From Trichosphaerium sp. ATCC 40318 (Eukaryota > Protista > Tubulinea), in the NCBI GenBank assembly GCA_038496445.1, contig JALMLS010000338.1, positions 1 through 35,610 on the forward strand: a stretch of DNA of 35,610 nucleotides. The letters are read 5' to 3'. The position numbers and the translations under genes were made by a program. The notes under the pieces are model-generated. The model saw only the letters and a program-made list of their open reading frames with translations, did no database searches and had not been told where the DNA came from. Each line of letters opens with the position of its first letter. Within the stretch, counting starts at the first letter, position 1. Below are positions 34,552 through 35,610 of the stretch, in pieces.

Positions 34552-35610
34552 TGTAAGATACATATATCACCAATCTTGTACTAAGTCACTCATGACTATC
34601 GTGCCTTAAGCACGGAATAAAGAAGTAGGAGAGCCACCGGCCGCTCCTCGATTAACTACCTAAACCACTCTTACATTTGGCGACACGAGTACGATTTTTA
34701 CTTGCAATGAGCGACGGCGACGTAGATCAGACCATTCCCGAATTAGCCGACGAAATAGTGCAACAAGACCAGAAAGAGACTCCACCTACATCTGAGGATG
34801 GGGAGAAAGCCGATAGCGCAGAGGAAGTGCACATACCAGATAGCTCGGAAGATGAGAAAGAAAGGGTTGAGAAGCGACCTAAACCTCTAGTTGCAAACAC
34901 GAAGCCGAAAAAGAAATTGGGCAAAACGACGCCAGTAGATACTAGCACCCCTCGAAAGGTACGTAAACGCAGCAACAATGGCGTGGGCAAAGATAAGGGC
35001 AAGAAGAAGCGCAAAACAGCACCGCCACAACCCATGATGCCAACTATACAAAACAAGGAACGACTGAGCCCGATTGACCTTGGCGAAGACTCAGATGGCG
35101 AAGCATCTAGCTACAAACGAATGCGGCAAGAAGTACGCAAAACGCCGAATAGCGCACCCAAAAGCCACTCCAGTGTATCCGATTACAACGCTACAGCATA
35201 CATAGAGACGCTACATGGATTGGAATGCACTAAAGAAGAGTTGAAACACGTCCTACAATTCTTACCGCACGCAATCAAGAACAACCATGGCGTAATCATT
35301 GGCAACGATTGGAGCAAATCGATATCGATCAACAAGGCTGGAAAGATACCGGAGAACTTGGACATGTTTGGCGTGAACAAGTCTGTCAGAGCTATGTACG
35401 TCTACCTCACGAGGATACGACAAACAGTAGACACGTACAACATTGACAAGAAGGGGTACAAATACTTGCTATCCAAGTTCGCAAAGAACGAAGCCTTCAC
35501 CATGCTCAGCAACATGGACATACGAGAACCAGCCGAAATCATATTGGCACTGATCCAACGCTTCCAATACATAAGGGGTACCGACGAAGCCTACCAAAAG
35601 CTACAGTCCT
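34552..35610 (+). mobile_element. Mirror copy of the Gypsy element: 5' LTR 34552-34675, PBS, gag from ATG 34707, running off the window
   Basis: Reverse complement of 22244-23302 with the same flanking sequence, so not an independent insertion. Confidence 0.9.

Larger units (their letters stand above)
29461..35610 (-). repeat. Right arm of a >=6.1 kb inverted duplication of 22244-28392
   Basis: All ORFs are mirrored, with coordinate sums 57853-57854. The differences I noticed are a few 1-bp indels; spacer ~1.07 kb. Confidence 0.97.

Noticed and set aside
34552-35610. A second independent LTR element insertion
   Set aside because: Its flank is identical to that of the first element, so it is part of the inverted duplication.
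1-35610. Diversity-generating retroelement (RT plus template/variable repeats)
   Set aside because: The RT is a standard Gypsy RT within LTRs. Paralog differences are not adenine-specific and introns are retained, which points to DNA-level exchange.

Overview
AT-rich eukaryotic DNA, probably from a protist and possibly an amoebozoan (inference), with very short GT-AG introns of mostly 40-60 nt and the standard genetic code. Most of the window is a cluster of one 16-exon gene family encoding a ~550-aa type I surface glycoprotein: signal peptide, predicted parallel beta-helix ectodomain, Pro/Thr stalk, Cys-containing juxtamembrane domain, one TM helix and a short P-x-LR-x-AIFPY tail. Seven copies or fragments are visible. 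Copies 1 (cut by the window edge) and 5 look intact, copies 2 and 3 are frameshifted, copies 3 and 4 are 5'-truncated, copy 6 is 3'-truncated, and copy 7 is a mirror of copy 5. The copies form a sequence mosaic consistent with gene conversion. Also present: an RCC1-repeat gene with a SAM-like C-terminus; an intact Ty3/Gypsy LTR retrotransposon with 124-bp LTRs and a TAGA target duplication, inserted in a degenerate CK1-like kinase gene; a decayed piggyBac-like transposon flanked by CCGG with a matching 'empty' site elsewhere in the window; and non-LTR retrotransposon remnants. The last 6.1 kb is a near-perfect inverted copy of 22244-28392, which is either a very recent fold-back duplication or an amplification/assembly chimera.
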